Positions 48,490 to 62,214 of a stretch of 64,000 nt of DNA are shown in pieces. The position numbers and the translations under genes were made by a program. The notes under the pieces were generated by a model. The model saw only the letters and a program-made list of their open reading frames with translations, was not told the origin of the DNA and searched no databases. The DNA comes from Octopus sinensis (lineage: Eukaryota): contig NC_043001.1 in the NCBI RefSeq assembly GCF_006345805.1, positions 71,176,001-71,240,000 of the forward strand, read 5' to 3'. Positions within the stretch are counted from its first letter, which is position 1. Every line of letters starts with the position of its first letter.

Positions 48490-48950
48490 GCATGCCTTCT
48501 GATACTCTCCCCAAGGACCCAACAATGATTGACACTATTTTCACCTTCTTCAATTTCCATAGCCGGGCTATTCATCTACTTTTCGTCTCCTTTCTTGGCT
48601 ATTAGTGGGTCAAATGGGCACGCAGCATCGACTATATAGCACATGTGGTGCATCTTATTCTATTTTTTTTTTTATACTCTAGCACCTGATCTGTTGGGAT
48701 TGGGAAATCTCTCTGGATTTTGCAAGCCTCTGACCCCGCCACTTTCTGCGGTTTATTCTCATATCATATCTTGCATCTCTCTAGCCCCCACTTTTCACAT
48801 AGTTTCCAATGCAGCACTTTCGCTACCTGATCGTGTCGTCACGACTTGTAGTAGTTTTGGGGAAAGTCTTGGGCATTCGCTCGCGATATGGGCATAAGTT
48901 TCGTCCATTTTATTACGGATATGGCACAGCAGAGACACTTAATATTATCA
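48490..48950 (-). mobile_element. Old R4/Dong-like endonuclease fragment
   Basis: RHDQVAKVLHWKLCEKWG and downstream IVDAACPFD-like remnants. Confidence 0.65.
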
Positions 48951-49029
48951 ATATTTTGGTTTGGCTCAGGTAAGTTCTTATTCCTGATTGTATTTATGTG
49001 GGTAGCATGTTACTAGCTGTAATCTTAGG

Positions 49030-49560
49030 TATCCACAATTTTCACCTCCTTTCAAATGCTTAAAACCCTCCTGCTAATCCTTGCTATCCCTAACAGACAA
49101 ACTTTCTGTTGGAGCTCTTCCCGGCTTTCGATTTCAGTCTCCTTCAGCCATTTGCCTATATTTTTGATTACCGTTCCCAAAGCACCAATTATTTACGGGA
49201 TTGCATTTTTTGGCTTCTTGTCCCCTTTCTTTAGGACCCTGGAATCAAACAGACATGATGGGCCGATCAGTAAACAACTTCGTTTTTCCTTATCAATAAT
49301 TGTTATGTCCGGCGTATTATTTTCTAATTTCTTGTCCGTTTGAATAGTAAAGTCCCACAAAATCTTACATCTCACCAACTCCAGTACTCTTTCGACTCGG
49401 TGATTGTACCATGTGTTTCCAGCTTCAAATTCCCATTTCTGGCTCAGCTTCCGGTGTATAACTTTTACAACCTGGTCGTGCCTCCATTTCTTTTATTCTT
49501 CCTGTAACTACTTTGGGGGGGGGGGCATTCTGGCACACTGTGTACCGCTGTCTCGTTCCA
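49030..49560 (-). mobile_element. Old R4/Dong-like endonuclease and 3' fragment
   Basis: RHDQVVKVIH, KILWDFTIQTDKKLENNTPDITIIDK and IIGALG. Confidence 0.8.
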
Positions 49561-49815
49561 AGTTCCACAGATTCTACATTTTTCTGACACATTCTCTCTA
49601 TATTTTTTTCTCAAGTTGTTTATTTTTATCGCGTGAATTTGGGCTGCTAAAATTAGGCTCTGTTTCTTTTTTAATTGGCCTTTTTTTTAACCAAGCACAG
49701 AGTTTCGTTCCACATAAGTCTTCAGTGGCTTTCTAAAATTAGCCATGCGGGGGTTTCTCTCGAGTTTGTCTGACGTGTTCTCTTTGTATTTCATTCTTCT
49801 TCTTTTATTATTATT

Positions 49816-52530
49816 CAGTAGTTTTATTTTTATAGCGTGCTTTCACTTCACTACCGAGCGCAGCTCTGTGTGCCTTGGGTATGTGCTGTGATTTGTTGTG
49901 ATGCTCTGATGGTTATTGTATGGAAAGTGTTCTGCGTAAGATGTGTGCAGTGCCCAGTAGTGCAATTTTCTGTATGTTATATGTGTTTGTAAGTCCTGGT
50001 ATTTTTGTTATGTATTTGTCTGAATATTTTTTTATCATGCCTAATGCACCTACTATGATAGGAATTGTTTCTGTTTGTAGATTCCACATTCTGGTTACCT
50101 CTATTTCCAGGTCTTTGTATTTTGAGAGTTTCTCCAATACTCTGCCGGTATTGATACATCAATTAGAAAGCAATTTTTTTCTTCATGATCTCTGAGAACT
50201 ATATCTGGTCTGTTGGCCTTAATTTCTCTATCTGTGTGTATTGGCATATCCCAGAGTATGGTTGCTTTCTCGTTTTCTGTGACCTTTTCCGGTGTGTGCC
50301 TATACCATCTTTTTTCTGTTGTTATTCCATAATGTTAGTATAGTTTCCAGTGTATATAGGTCCCAACTCTGTCGTGTATGTGAATGTATTCATTCTTAGC
50401 CAGGACTGGGCAGCCAGAAATAATATGATTTATTGTTTCTTGTCCATCTCCACATATTCTGCAGTTACTTGTTATATTTCTTTTCATTACATGTTTTTGG
50501 TAATTTATGGTGGGGAGACTTTGGTCTTGTGCTGCAATTAAAAATCCCTCTGTCTCCTGAGCTTCTCAACCATTGCTGGGATTTTTTTTGTCTATTTCTT
50601 TTGCGTTTAGTTTAGTCTAGTATTTACCATGAAGGGGCTTTTCTTGCCATCGTTTTATCATGGTTCTTTGCTGTTCTAGTTTTAGTTTGGATTTCATTTG
50701 TTTTATAGCTTTTGTTGCTTCTTCATCTTCTTCTTCTTCTTCATATTTGTTAGGTGGTATGATTTCTTGTTTGTATTTGTCAGCTTCCTTAAATACTGAG
50801 AACAGTTTTTTGTTTTGCTCGTGTTTTGCCGCTATTTGTATCAGTTTTCCTTTCTTCTGAAGTAGGTATTTTGCAGTCCTATGGTGGTTATTTTATAGTA
50901 GTTTTCCAGCTGTATAAGGCCTCTACCACCTTCTATACGTTGTATATATAGTCTTTCTATGTCAGATTTTGGGTGATGCATCCTAGATCCTGTCATTATT
51001 TTTCTTGTTTTCCTATCTATTTTGGTTAGTTCATTTAGTGTCCAGTTAAGGATATTGTAGCTGTAACTTATAACTGGGACAGCTAAAGTGTTAATACATA
51101 TTATCTTGTTTTTAGCATTGAGCTCTGTTTTAGTATTGATCTAACTCGTCTATAATATTCTTTTTTTTTATTTTCTCTTTCATTTGTGTGTGTTGTGTCT
51201 TATCTAGTTCATGGATTCCTAAGTATTTGTAAGTTTGGCTTGGGTCTAATTCTTTTATTTCATTGGTTTTATCTAGTGTGATGTTGCTACTCTTAACTAG
51301 TTTTCCTCTTTTCAGGGTTACTTTGGCGCATTTTTCTAATCCAAATTTCATATCTATTTCTTTGGTAAATCCATGAACTGTCTTTAATAGTGTTTCCAGC
51401 TGTTTGTCATTTGCAGCGTCTAGTTTTAGGTCATCCATATATAAAAGGTGGCTGATCGTTTTGCCGTAACATTTATATCCGCATCCAGTTCTATTTAGCA
51501 TATCAGATAGAGGTGACAGTGCCAAGCAGAAAAGGAGTGGAGAGAGCGTATCTCCCTGGAATATTCCTCTTCCAATGGGAATGACTTTGGTTTTCATGAG
51601 TCCCTCTTTTGTTTGGAGCTGTAGCACTGTTTGCCATTTATTCATAGAGTGCCCTATGAATTTTATAATTATTGGTGCTACTTTTTTAATGGCTAGTGTT
51701 TCGAGGATCCATGTGTGGGGGATGCTATCAAACGCCTTTTTGCAGTCGATCAAGGCCATACTGAGGCCTTTCTTCTTTCTGTGGCTGTCTTCAGTTATGC
51801 CTGTATTAATCATTAGTTGATCTTTACAGCCATATGAGCCTTTGCGGCATCCTTTCTGCTCTTCTGGGAACAGGTTGTTTTCGTCCAGATGCTTGTTCAA
51901 CCTTTGCGATATCACTGCAGTAAATGCCTTGTACATTGTAGGGAGACAGGTTATTGGTATGTAGTTTTCTGGTTTTGCTGTCTCATTTGATTTGGAAATT
52001 AAGATGGTTTTCCCCTTCGTGAGCCATTCAGGCATTGTCTCTGGTTCTGCTAGTATGTTGTTAAAGTTTTCAGCTAGCTTTTTGTGCATTCCTGTTAGAT
52101 ATTTCAACCAGAAGTTGGGGATCTTGTCATGCCCAGGTGCCTTCCAGTTGCTTAGTCTTTGCAGTGCCTGGGTAACCTCTTCAGTTGTTATGGGGGTCCA
52201 AAGTTGCTCAGATGCTAAGTTTGTTGTTTTACTACTCCTTTTTTTTTTGGTTGTTCATTCACCGACCATATTTCTTTCAAGAATTCTTCTACTTCTGCCG
52301 TTGGTGCTGCAGTGATGTCTATTTTACTTTTGCCAAGTTCTTCGTAGAGCATTTTTGGGCTGGAGTTGAACTGTTTGTTTTGTTCAAAGAAACGTTTGCA
52401 TTTCTCATACCGGCGGATCCTTTGTGCTTTGGCAAGGATATCTTGCTTTAGCTTTTCTTTTATCTCAGGTAAATCCTTTTCCGTGATGTTGTATTTGCAC
52501 AGTATTTTTGTTTTCTTTTCGTTGCTTAGT
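49816..52530 (-). mobile_element. 5'-truncated young R4/Dong copy, close relative of 22550-26518
   Basis: Very similar to the full-length copy, same 3' UTR, (TAA)n at both ends. YMDD and RPD intact, but frameshifts and deletions present. Confidence 0.92.
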
Positions 52531-52536
52531 TAAACC

Positions 52537-52592
<56 letters not shown>

Positions 52593-52755
52593 GACATAAT
52601 TATTATTAGCACAGCGAGCTGGCATGGTATTTATCCCGCCAGGCTAAATGCTAACAATATTTCGGCTGTGTTCGTGTTCTGAGTTTAAATTCCGCCGAGG
52701 TCGACTTTGCCTTTCATCCCCGGAAGTTGCTGGCCTTTTGTCAAAATTTGAAACC

Positions 52756-52799
<44 letters not shown>

Positions 52800-52801
52800 T
52801 A

Positions 52802-52860
<59 letters not shown>
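52537..52860. repeat. (TAA)n arrays interrupted by a SINE
   Basis: Direct inspection. Confidence 0.9.
52612..52757 (+). mobile_element. SINE family 2, internally deleted
   Basis: GCGAGCTGGC...AAATTCCGCCGAGGTCGACTTTGCCTTTCATCC...AATTTGAAACCA. Confidence 0.8.
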
Positions 52861-52863
<3 letters not shown>

Positions 52864-52929
52864 CATATACGGGCAACAGATTAGACTGTTGGGAAAGAAA
52901 ATTTCCTAGCATCGGGCTACAAGTAACCT

Positions 52930-54135
52930 TTTATGTCAAGAACCCTCTTAAATATGTTAGCTGTCCCTTATAACACTATTTTCTGGGGCTGTACTAAATT
53001 GAGTTTCATGCCTACTTTCTCAATCCATTTGTTCAAATCTTTAGGGAAAGTTCATTATACACCTATAACTACTGGGACACATTTTACCCGCACTTGTCAT
53101 ATCATTATTATTGTTATTTACTTTTAATCTGCATGTTTCTTACAATTGCTTTTCGAGACACACCTAGCGTCCTAGGGCAAGTGAAGGATAAGTGATTTTA
53201 CAATATAACTGACAACTTGAGAAGGGATAGTGGCAAGAGCACTAGCGAAATATCTTCGTGTAGTACAACACAAATATTTAGATTGATAAGTTTTTTCTAA
53301 GGATGTGGGCAGTACTTTTCAACATAATCTGGATTTCTCTAAGACATGGTTGTCTTGGGATGTTATGTAAATATTTCTGACATCCCTTCTTTACCATACC
53401 TAGGGCATCTACAATAACAGGAATAGTTCTCGCTTTAAGATCCCATGTATTGTTTTTAAAAATTTAATCCTTATATGTATTTACTTAGTCAAATTCCTTT
53501 ACAGATATATTTTTATCAGTGGGAACACATACTTATATTAGTCTACAAGTAGTTTCTTCACTATTTTTATGACTATATCTGGTCGATTATCCTGGATCGT
53601 TCTGTCGGTTTGACTGGAAACTTTCAGAGGATAGTGACAGCAACTGGTTCAGGATGATGTTCATACCAGTAAGCAGGAGTGCTGATTTTGCAGTGTTTAC
53701 ATATTTTCCAAAGTAAATAGTGTCCTAACCTAGCGTGGAAACGTTTGTACTCTTTGATGACAGCACAGGATATCCTGAGACGAGATGGTCTATCGTTTCT
53801 TCAAATATGTCGCACAATCTGCATTTAGGATCAGAACCGTTTTGAAGAATGTTTCTCCAGTAGCTTTTGGTAAGCAAGCATTAATCTTGTACCGCCAATA
53901 TGAAACCTTCAATCCCTGCTTTCAGTCCTGAACTTCTCAGCCTCTGATGGGTCGTTGCTTGGTCTACACCAGCATTTCGATTTCGAACTATATATTGTCC
54001 ATGCTGAGACTTCTTGATCCACCGCTCCTCAGTTTGTTTCTGTCTGTTCTTTTTTTCAGTCTGCTTCATCCATTTTGTGTGTTTAGTGGCAGTAGTTTCA
54101 CGTTCTTCATCTAATTCGGGGTTAATGCCAAGTTC
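52930..54135 (-). mobile_element. Old R4/Dong-like C-terminal fragment
   Basis: HGQY..VDQATTHQRLRSSGLKAGIEGFILAVQD and TDRTIQDNRPDIVI. Confidence 0.75.
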
Positions 54136-54829
54136 CCTGGCAAATTTGCGAGATTTCTTGACAATATAATGTGCTTTTTTTTTGTTGCTTTCGTATTAGC
54201 ACAACGCGCGAAATATCACGAGCAGGAGTAATCGGTTTGGGAGTTGTTTTCATTTTTGTTTTTGTTTTATTTTGTTTTCATTTCCTTCTTCTCTAATTTA
54301 GATAAGAAAGGCATGTTTCAACTCATATTTAATTTATTTCGTTCGATCTTATTTCATATGCAATTTTTACTGAATTACCGGGCAGAGGTGATAGCCAAAG
54401 TGGTAATAACACCAAGATAAATAAAAGCAACCCAACCAAAAAACATGTGTTGATAAAATATTAGAACTGATTTAAGACCGAAAAACAGAAATAACATCTG
54501 ACAATATTGAAGGAACAGATACACAAAGAAATGAATTTATGATAGAAAACAATGGCACTAATGATTTCAAAGCTCAAGGGAAAATAATAAAGAAAATAAA
54601 TATTACCTTATTATAGAAAATGTTGGCAATATTGACTTGAGCGTTCGTAACAACGGAATATAACACGACAAACATATAGAACACATATAAACGCTCATCA
54701 ATGCAATAATACACGCGTTCGCACAAAATTTACCAAGTATAAACATTTGTCATTTCATTTGCTCTTTTGTGAACCCTTGTTACATAAAAAAAATCCCTGG
54801 ACTTGGAACAGATCCAGCCATAAAAAGAA

Positions 54830-55300
54830 ACCTTATAGAGCTGTATGACAAAAGTATGCGTCCGCGCATCCGAGGAACTTGTCTAAAACTGAGCGAGAAA
54901 TAAAGTCGCACAGTTTGAAAATGTGAGAGGCGGAGTTCGGTGTATTCTCAAAAGAGCAACTGAAGACAAACCCAGTCGCCAGGTGGAACAATGTTCTTTT
55001 CACCAAACGGTAAAAATCATACGGATGTATCATATAGTAATGAGGACTGAGGGATATGCCAAGTGAGTAGGAGAGGTTGTCCGACATGTGCCTGACTAAG
55101 AATACATGGACCTGAGTAAGGTAAGTGTGAAAAGCAGTTTATAGGTAATGGCATTGGTCCTTAGTACGTTCTTATTTTTGTAACGGAATATGGTCATCTT
55201 GTGTGTGCAAGAATCTCAAGAAATGATACTGAAGCCTGCTATGAGTTTACAAGTCTTAGTGGTACCCTGATTTTATTAAGGCTTTCTTGAATTGTGTTTT
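54830..55300 (+). pseudogene. Possible highly decayed hAT transposase fragment
   Basis: KEQLKTNPVARWNNVLF resembles the hAT D..TRWNS motif. Many stops. Confidence 0.25.
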
Positions 55301-56737
55301 GCAGCGGGTGCCAAAACAAAAGCAAATAATGAGATTTGATCGTCAAGAGCAGAAAACCCTGCTGTAACACTTGTGGAAATAAAATTCTCTGTTCTTTCTG
55401 TCTAGAAATTAAAACGAATTACACGAATTACACAGGAACAAAACAGTGGGCACCAACAGAATCAATAATAACAGCAGATTGTGTAACTCGAAAAGAGATC
55501 AGAAACTCGTATAGCTCTTTGAACAAAATGTCGGAGACCAGCGAGATCCACCTAGATCAAAACTAATCGTGCTATCCCAGTGTCTTGTGACAATGTAGAG
55601 GGTAAAAGCGAGGATACGGAAACTTGATTTAGGTAACTTTAAAAAAAGACTCGCAGGTAAGATTAATTTGGACAATTGTGGACCGGATTCTTCCGAAGTC
55701 TTAATTTGTTCTGTTGTGTGAAGCATTAATGCTTTCTTCGTGAGAGTAATAAAAGAATTCCGGCAGAAATTAGTTGTAATAAGTTTAAACTATCCTTCTT
55801 GAAGGCGTCGGATACATGATACCACTTTCCACTAACAAAATGCACTCTTGGAGACTGGATAATTTTTACAGTGATGAGTGATACATGAATGAAGAGATAA
55901 AAGGGCGAAAAAGACTAAGGAGCCCACGCCACCGCACACGCATCTCTTATCGAAATTCAAAGGTCTTCACACAAAATAGGAGTGATAAAATTACTAACCG
56001 AATAAAAGAAGTATAGATGTACTTTATGTGTTTTAATAACATATTTAAAATATGCTGTATTTTTACATAATTTATTTTCATTATTTAATCTGTATTTAAT
56101 ATACATTAAATTTTAACGCGTCAGCTGTACCTTAATATGATCATAGAATAAAGCGATTGGACCGATGTTGCAGAGCAGAAGGCTAGTTCGTTACAAACGT
56201 TGCACTGGGAGCCACTTGGAGGCTTTGTGCTGTGGTTACCTGGAAAGTAGATATGAGAGAAGAATACTGCAACAGGAGCAGCGATACGATTACAGCTAGG
56301 AAAGTGACCGAAAACTAACCTCCCCTTTCCTACACGTGGATGACGAATAGGTGACGTACACCGATGCCTTTAGTTTACCACCTTATTACTTGCACTAATA
56401 AGAAAGCAGTGAAGAAATGGGCAAATTTTCCAAGACCACAAAGCGACAATAGAAAAAGGACGTATAAACGAAAAATAAATTCAACCAAATGTTGTTTGAT
56501 AAGAGGAATACATTGGTGTCAAGATGAGATTTAGGTGGATGCGCTGGACGATGCGGAGAAAGTATAAGCAGATGATGTGCTGCTCCGAGTGAACCTGGGC
56601 CGGACGTTTGTAACCATCCATCATTTACTATTCATACAATAATGTCAAATCCAACTCCAGGGTATCATCCTTCCCTTCTCATTAAAATCTTTCTTGTTTG
56701 CCGTATTCTGTTATTTACTAATGTGTGTATAGCCTAC

Positions 56738-56892
56738 CTTTTTTACTTGTTTCAGTGATTGGATTGCAGTCATGTTGGGGCACCACCTTGAAATTAACAC
56801 TACTACTTGTGTTTTTAACCTTGGAACTTGTTACATCGGTCTCTTATGCCGAACCGCTAAATTTCGGGGGAGTAAACACGCCAGCACCGTAC
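56738..56892 (-). mobile_element. SINE family 1-related 3' fragment
   Basis: TTTTTACTTGTTTCAGT...GCACCACC...CCGAACCGCTAA...GTAAACAC. Confidence 0.7.
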
Positions 56893-57099
56893 ATATTAGC
56901 GATGACACTAATGAAAACGTTAACACTTTAATAATTGAAGTGAGTCATTAATCCAATGGCCATGAAATACCTCTGTGCAGTAAGTAACAACAATACTCGT
57001 ATCTGTGTATGAACAACTTCACGTCCAAGATTTTATTCATATGCGTGGCAACGGAACTGATACATTGAGTACACAATGTTCAATAAAATTATCTTGCCA

Positions 57100-57260
57100 T
57101 GTTCCATAATAACATTGAGAAAATAGAAGGAAGTCAAGCTACAAGATTTACTTTCCACAGGCACTGGACGTAGAATACCAGAGCGAGTGCCTGGCTCCCT
57201 TTTCGAAGTTGACCTTGTCGTGTCGCGGAGAAGAAGAGGGGTAAAGAGAAGAAATTCGAA
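57100..57260 (+). mobile_element. Possible CR1/L2-like LINE 3' fragment
   Basis: IEKIEGSQATRF and SRRRRG echo the CR1 C-terminal E.VQRRAT..RR.RG pattern. Confidence 0.25.
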
Positions 57261-57396
57261 CGGGAAGACATACTTAAATAGGCGATGTGCTACTAACGCC
57301 CTTCTGCGTGTCATTTAGCAGTTATGCCTAGTAAGTTAGCAAAGGGGGAGATAACCACAGACAAATGTAAAGAAACACTCACACACGCATAATATA

Positions 57397-57548
57397 TATA
57401 CGATGGGCTTCTTTCAGTATCCATCTATCTCATCCATTCACAAGGCTTTGGTCGGCCTGAAGCTATAATAGAATACACTATATAAGGTGCCACGCAGTGG
57501 GACTGACCCTGGAATAAAGTGTTAAGGACGAATGCTTAATACCACGCA
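57397..57548 (-). mobile_element. SINE family 1 head
   Basis: ACGATGGGCTTCTTTCAG...CACAAGGCTTTGGTCGGCC...GTGCCACGCAGTGGGACTGA. Confidence 0.8.
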
Positions 57549-57740
57549 AACGCACCCACGTATGCACATATACTCTGTGGAGATTACGTTTCTCAGGCAT
57601 GGTTGTGTGTTAAAAGCGTTCACTTCATAACCTAATAATATGGTTTCTGATTTCAGTCTCACTCTACTGCACCAGAGGCAGATATTACAACGCAGGTGTG
57701 GCCGTGTTTGCTTTATTTTTATTTTTGTTCCGGGCATTTT

Positions 57741-57901
57741 TGGCCGTGTGGTGAGAAGCTTCCTTCCCAATCACATGGTTCCGAGTTCAGTCCTCTGCGT
57801 GGCACATTGGCCAAGTGTCTTCTACTATAGCCTCAGATCGACCAAAGCGTTGTGAGCGGATTCGGTGCACGGAAGCTGAAAGAAGCACGTCGTATATATA
57901 C

Positions 57902-57935
<34 letters not shown>

Positions 57936-58146
57936 ATTAGTGTGTTTGTGTCTGTGTTTGTCTCCCCCACCATCACTTGGCAACCGATGTTGGTATGTTT
58001 ACGTCCCCGTAACCTAGCGGTTCGGCAAAAGTGACGATAGAATGAGTACCAGGCTTACAAAGAATAAGTGCACACTCGATTTCTTCGACGAAAAAGCGGT
58101 GTTCCAGCATGCTCACCAGCAAACTGACTGAAACAAGTAAAACAAT
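57741..58146 (+). mobile_element. SINE family 1, complete
   Basis: tRNA-like head with B-box-like GGTTCCGAGTTCAGTCC, internal (TA)/(TG) tract and tail CTGAAACAAGTAAAA. Confidence 0.85.
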
Positions 58147-58808
58147 ATATATATATATACACACACACACACATATATACCTTTAATTTCGTATAAATAC
58201 ATTTATATAAATACTAATCTAAATTTATATTTATATGTATTTGCACTAAGTTATGTCAGTTATTTCTATATTTTCATTGGTATTTGTTGATGTATTTATT
58301 TATGTATAATTTTTGCTTGCTCCATTATAGCTGTTAATATTGTTCTATTTATCTTATATCTTATATCTCTATTATTTGTTATTATATGGATATACATAAA
58401 AATATAAGTAGATAATAGGTTGTCTATCGCTGTATATGTATATTGCCTGATGTGCCCTCTCCATTGTTATTTCAATGCAGTATTGTGTTTACATCTGCTT
58501 ACGTTTAAATTTATATATTACATTTTGGCATTTACAAATAACTGTTCGTATGTATATTTGACAATGTTTATATTCACGTAATTGTCATTTGTATATCAAT
58601 TTGCGTTCGTTATTTCAGTAACTATAAATCTATACATATGTTAGATTTGTATCTTTATTTCTTAGTGTTTTTTAATATATTTATATATATGTTACTTCTC
58701 AGGGCTATTGATACTTAGATGTTTAGATTGTTTATTTACCTATTAACGATACGTGGAAATAAATACACATATGCAAATACACAAACACATAAACACACAC
58801 ACACACAC

Positions 58809-58870
<62 letters not shown>

Positions 58871-58974
58871 TATATATAGATAGATATATAGATAGATAGA
58901 TAGATACATACATACATACATACATACATACATACATACATACATACATACATACATACATACATACATACATG

Positions 58975-59125
58975 TGCTGTCTTCAGTGATAGCTTTAGAA
59001 AAGAGGTCCGGATCGTATTCCAGCAGTTCTTTCAGTTCACGACACGCATTAAGTCGTGACTGCTTTTGATCTTCCGTGAGCAAGCAAGACACACATTTTG
59101 CAGCAATCACTTTTGTGCAACCCCT
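58975..59125 (-). mobile_element. Mariner fragment
   Basis: AAKCVSCLLTEDQKQSRLNACREL...DPDLFSKAITED. Confidence 0.75.
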
Positions 59126-59779
59126 GTGTTTCTTATCGAATACTGATTTACGGTTGAAACCTCATCTTACCGAGAAGGTTCGCACCGTTTGGGGACGAAC
59201 TACCACCGGTCGAAGAAGATGGAAGAGCCAACTTTCGTGTTTGAGATGGAAATTTCTTTTACAATGGAAGACGCCATGAACGAAAACTACACACCACTAT
59301 CTTTCTCACGAAGAGAACTTAAACAAAAAAGAGAATGTAAACTTAGAAGTAGAAGCCAAACGCAGGGCAGATAAAACAAGGAGACACCCAGCCAGGTGAA
59401 GGATTTTAATAATAAGACCTTGAACGACAATCGCGGTTTTTGCATCAGTAGCAACCATAAATCAGGAAACTATAACTGTAAATACCGAAGACCTACAAAT
59501 ACAAATGTCACGCACATAGAGATGGCAGCAACGTCAATCTAACGCCCACCCCACCGGCGATACAATGCTACAAACTACGAGGAAAACATTAATCTTTAAA
59601 ACTCTCCCTTTTAAAACTAAGAAACACGAACACACACCAAAAGAAAGCATTGAAAAATGCCTTAAACCCATATAGGGCACAACCACGTATGTGGCTTTAG
59701 GAACAAATACAGCACTGTGGTATTCGCGTCTGAAGAAGAAGCAAAAGAACACTCCACAGTGCCTTTAAAATCAACTGAT

Positions 59780-60790
59780 TTTTGCGCTTAATTTGTTTGC
59801 TTTATTTTTATTTTTGTTCCGGGCATTAGTGTTCTTTTACATGTATGTTGAGGTAGTTCGTCATTGGGGCATATTTCTTTCTTGTGTGATGTTTGTGTGT
59901 TTTGTGTGTTCACGTTTAGAAAAGGGGCTATCCTGGTAGGGTTACCCTCATGTATAGGGGCTCTTCTTTGAAGTATTTGAGTGTAAAATATTGCTTATAT
60001 CTGCAGGGAGGGAAGGAATAGACAATCACTTTACTCATTTACACAAATACCACAAGATCTTCATTAGAAACACTGTTAAAGTTAGCTATAATTGCCTTTT
60101 CAATACAGGGTTAATAATATTCAATCACAATAACCAATCACATACCAGAAACCCCCGAGAAAGAAAATGCAAGTACAGATTCCCTAACCGGAGCCCTCTA
60201 AACAACAACTGTCTCATGAAAGAACTCGTATACAAGGTCATGTCCAACAGAATGACAAAGCCGTGTATCGGAATGACGGGCAACTCATTCAAAAATAGGT
60301 ATACACAGCATCCTGCATCATTCAGAGACAAATACATTCACCTTGCTTCATTCAGAGAGAAATACAAAACACTCTGCAATATTCCTATCAAATATAATAT
60401 GGACATTGAAAGAAGATGAAATAATCAGCCCTAAGATAGAATGGAAAATTATTGCTGAAGTCAAAAATACGGAGGAAGGGATACCAAATGTGAATTTTGT
60501 ATTACTGAAAAAATAGACGTTATACAATCAACAGATTTTAAACGTTAGAGATGAAAACCTCTCCCTGCATACACTAGTAATATTTTACACTCAAATATTT
60601 CAAACAAGAATCCCTATGCAGGAGGGTAACCCTACCAGGACAGATACTTTCCTAAACGTGAACACACATAGCACAAAAACGTCACACAAAAAAATATGCC
60701 CCAATGGCAAACTACCTCAAGGACAAGAACACCATGCCCAGAACAACATAATCATGCAAAATAGGGCAAACAAATTAATCGCAAAAAATT
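59780..60790 (+). mobile_element. Penelope-like (Naiad-like) GIY-YIG fragment enclosed by diverged inverted arms
   Basis: Arms about 59780-60011 and 60558-60790. Core KIFIRNTVKVSYNC...PLNNNCLMKELVYKV...CIGMTGNSFKNRYTQH...EWKII..KCEFCITEK. Confidence 0.8.
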
Positions 60791-61242
60791 GACCAATCAA
60801 CAAAGCCAAGGGAGACAAACATTCAAAAGATATCACTCAAGTGTGACGTTCCTTGTTTCATTGATTCATTGTTATATTTATGCGATTTACGAGAAATCCC
60901 GTGAACGGAACGAGATTGTTTCCCAAAATGGAGGCGAACACCATTCTCCATATGATCGGCTTGAAAGATTGTTAAGACAATAGGATATTTACCTACTTTT
61001 CTTAACATGAAACCAATGATGTATGTATGTGTGTGTATGTGTGTGTGTATGCGTGTAGTCATGTAAGATTTTGTTTATCGGAAAGATCAGGTACTCGTAC
61101 ATCCGATCCGTCAGCATACTTTTCGTACCAGGCACCCTGACGAATACTGTCTTAGGCAATCACCTAATTACCTAATCCGTGGGCGAAGGCGATTGGTAAG
61201 AACGGCTTGCTTAAATGGCTCATAATTTTGTATACTATAAAG

Positions 61243-61298
<56 letters not shown>

Positions 61299-62101
61299 CT
61301 ATAGACTTTATCAGTTTTGAAATACATTTCCTTTAAACATCAATTGCTGTTATTTTAGTGAAATGGTAAAACAGAAACTAAGAGGCGATGCAGTTTCTTT
61401 TGATAGGAAATTATATTCTTATTTCATATTCAACTTATTTTAATTTACTCATTAATTCCTGCGGAAGAACCATGTATGCCCTTATCTGATTTCACATTCA
61501 TGTTCATTCGAAATAACTAAAAATGAAGGATAATGGTGAAATTCTATCAGTTGACTCTATTATCAAACTTCCATTTCTGTAACACTAATGTTATATCGAT
61601 CTATTAGCTGAAAGCTTGCTAATTAATCAAAGCATTCAAGTAGATACTTCACTACCTTTTAATGTCATCCATGTTTTGGATCTTTTGAAACTCTTAAGTT
61701 CCGAGCCGATTTCTATAACGTCTTTATATTGATTCAATAAGTTTTGGAATTTTCCACTTCCAAACTATTTCCAAAATATTCTTCAAATGTCTGCAATGTG
61801 GTTTGGTTGTTTTTTTTACGTCCAGTTACGATATTACTCTGCTCTTTCATGGATTATATTTGTCCCAAATATTTTAAGAGATTTTCAGAAATCCAGCCTC
61901 TTCAGATATTAATTTAATTTTGTACATCAACAACGGATAACCAATTTTTCCGTTTTTTTTTCTAACATGTTTTGCGTATAGCTCTACATTCTGAGGCTGC
62001 TGATTCACTAAAATGCTAATGCATCCAAGATATATACATACATATATATATATATATAGATAGATAGATAGATAGATATACACACACACATATATATATA
62101 T

Positions 62102-62135
<34 letters not shown>

Positions 62136-62168
62136 CATACACATATACACGCACAATTGTATGTATGC

Positions 62169-62214
<46 letters not shown>

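Noticed and set aside
55800-55900. piggyBac transposase from the peptide WRLDNFYS
   Set aside because: A single short motif with no flanking similarity, TTAA target or TIRs.
59130-59770. Possible LINE ORF1 remnant upstream of the second Naiad-like fragment
   Set aside because: Protein-like fragments in several frames but no diagnostic motif I could name.
61137-61200. CTGACGA motif
   Set aside because: No stem II closing onto GAAA.
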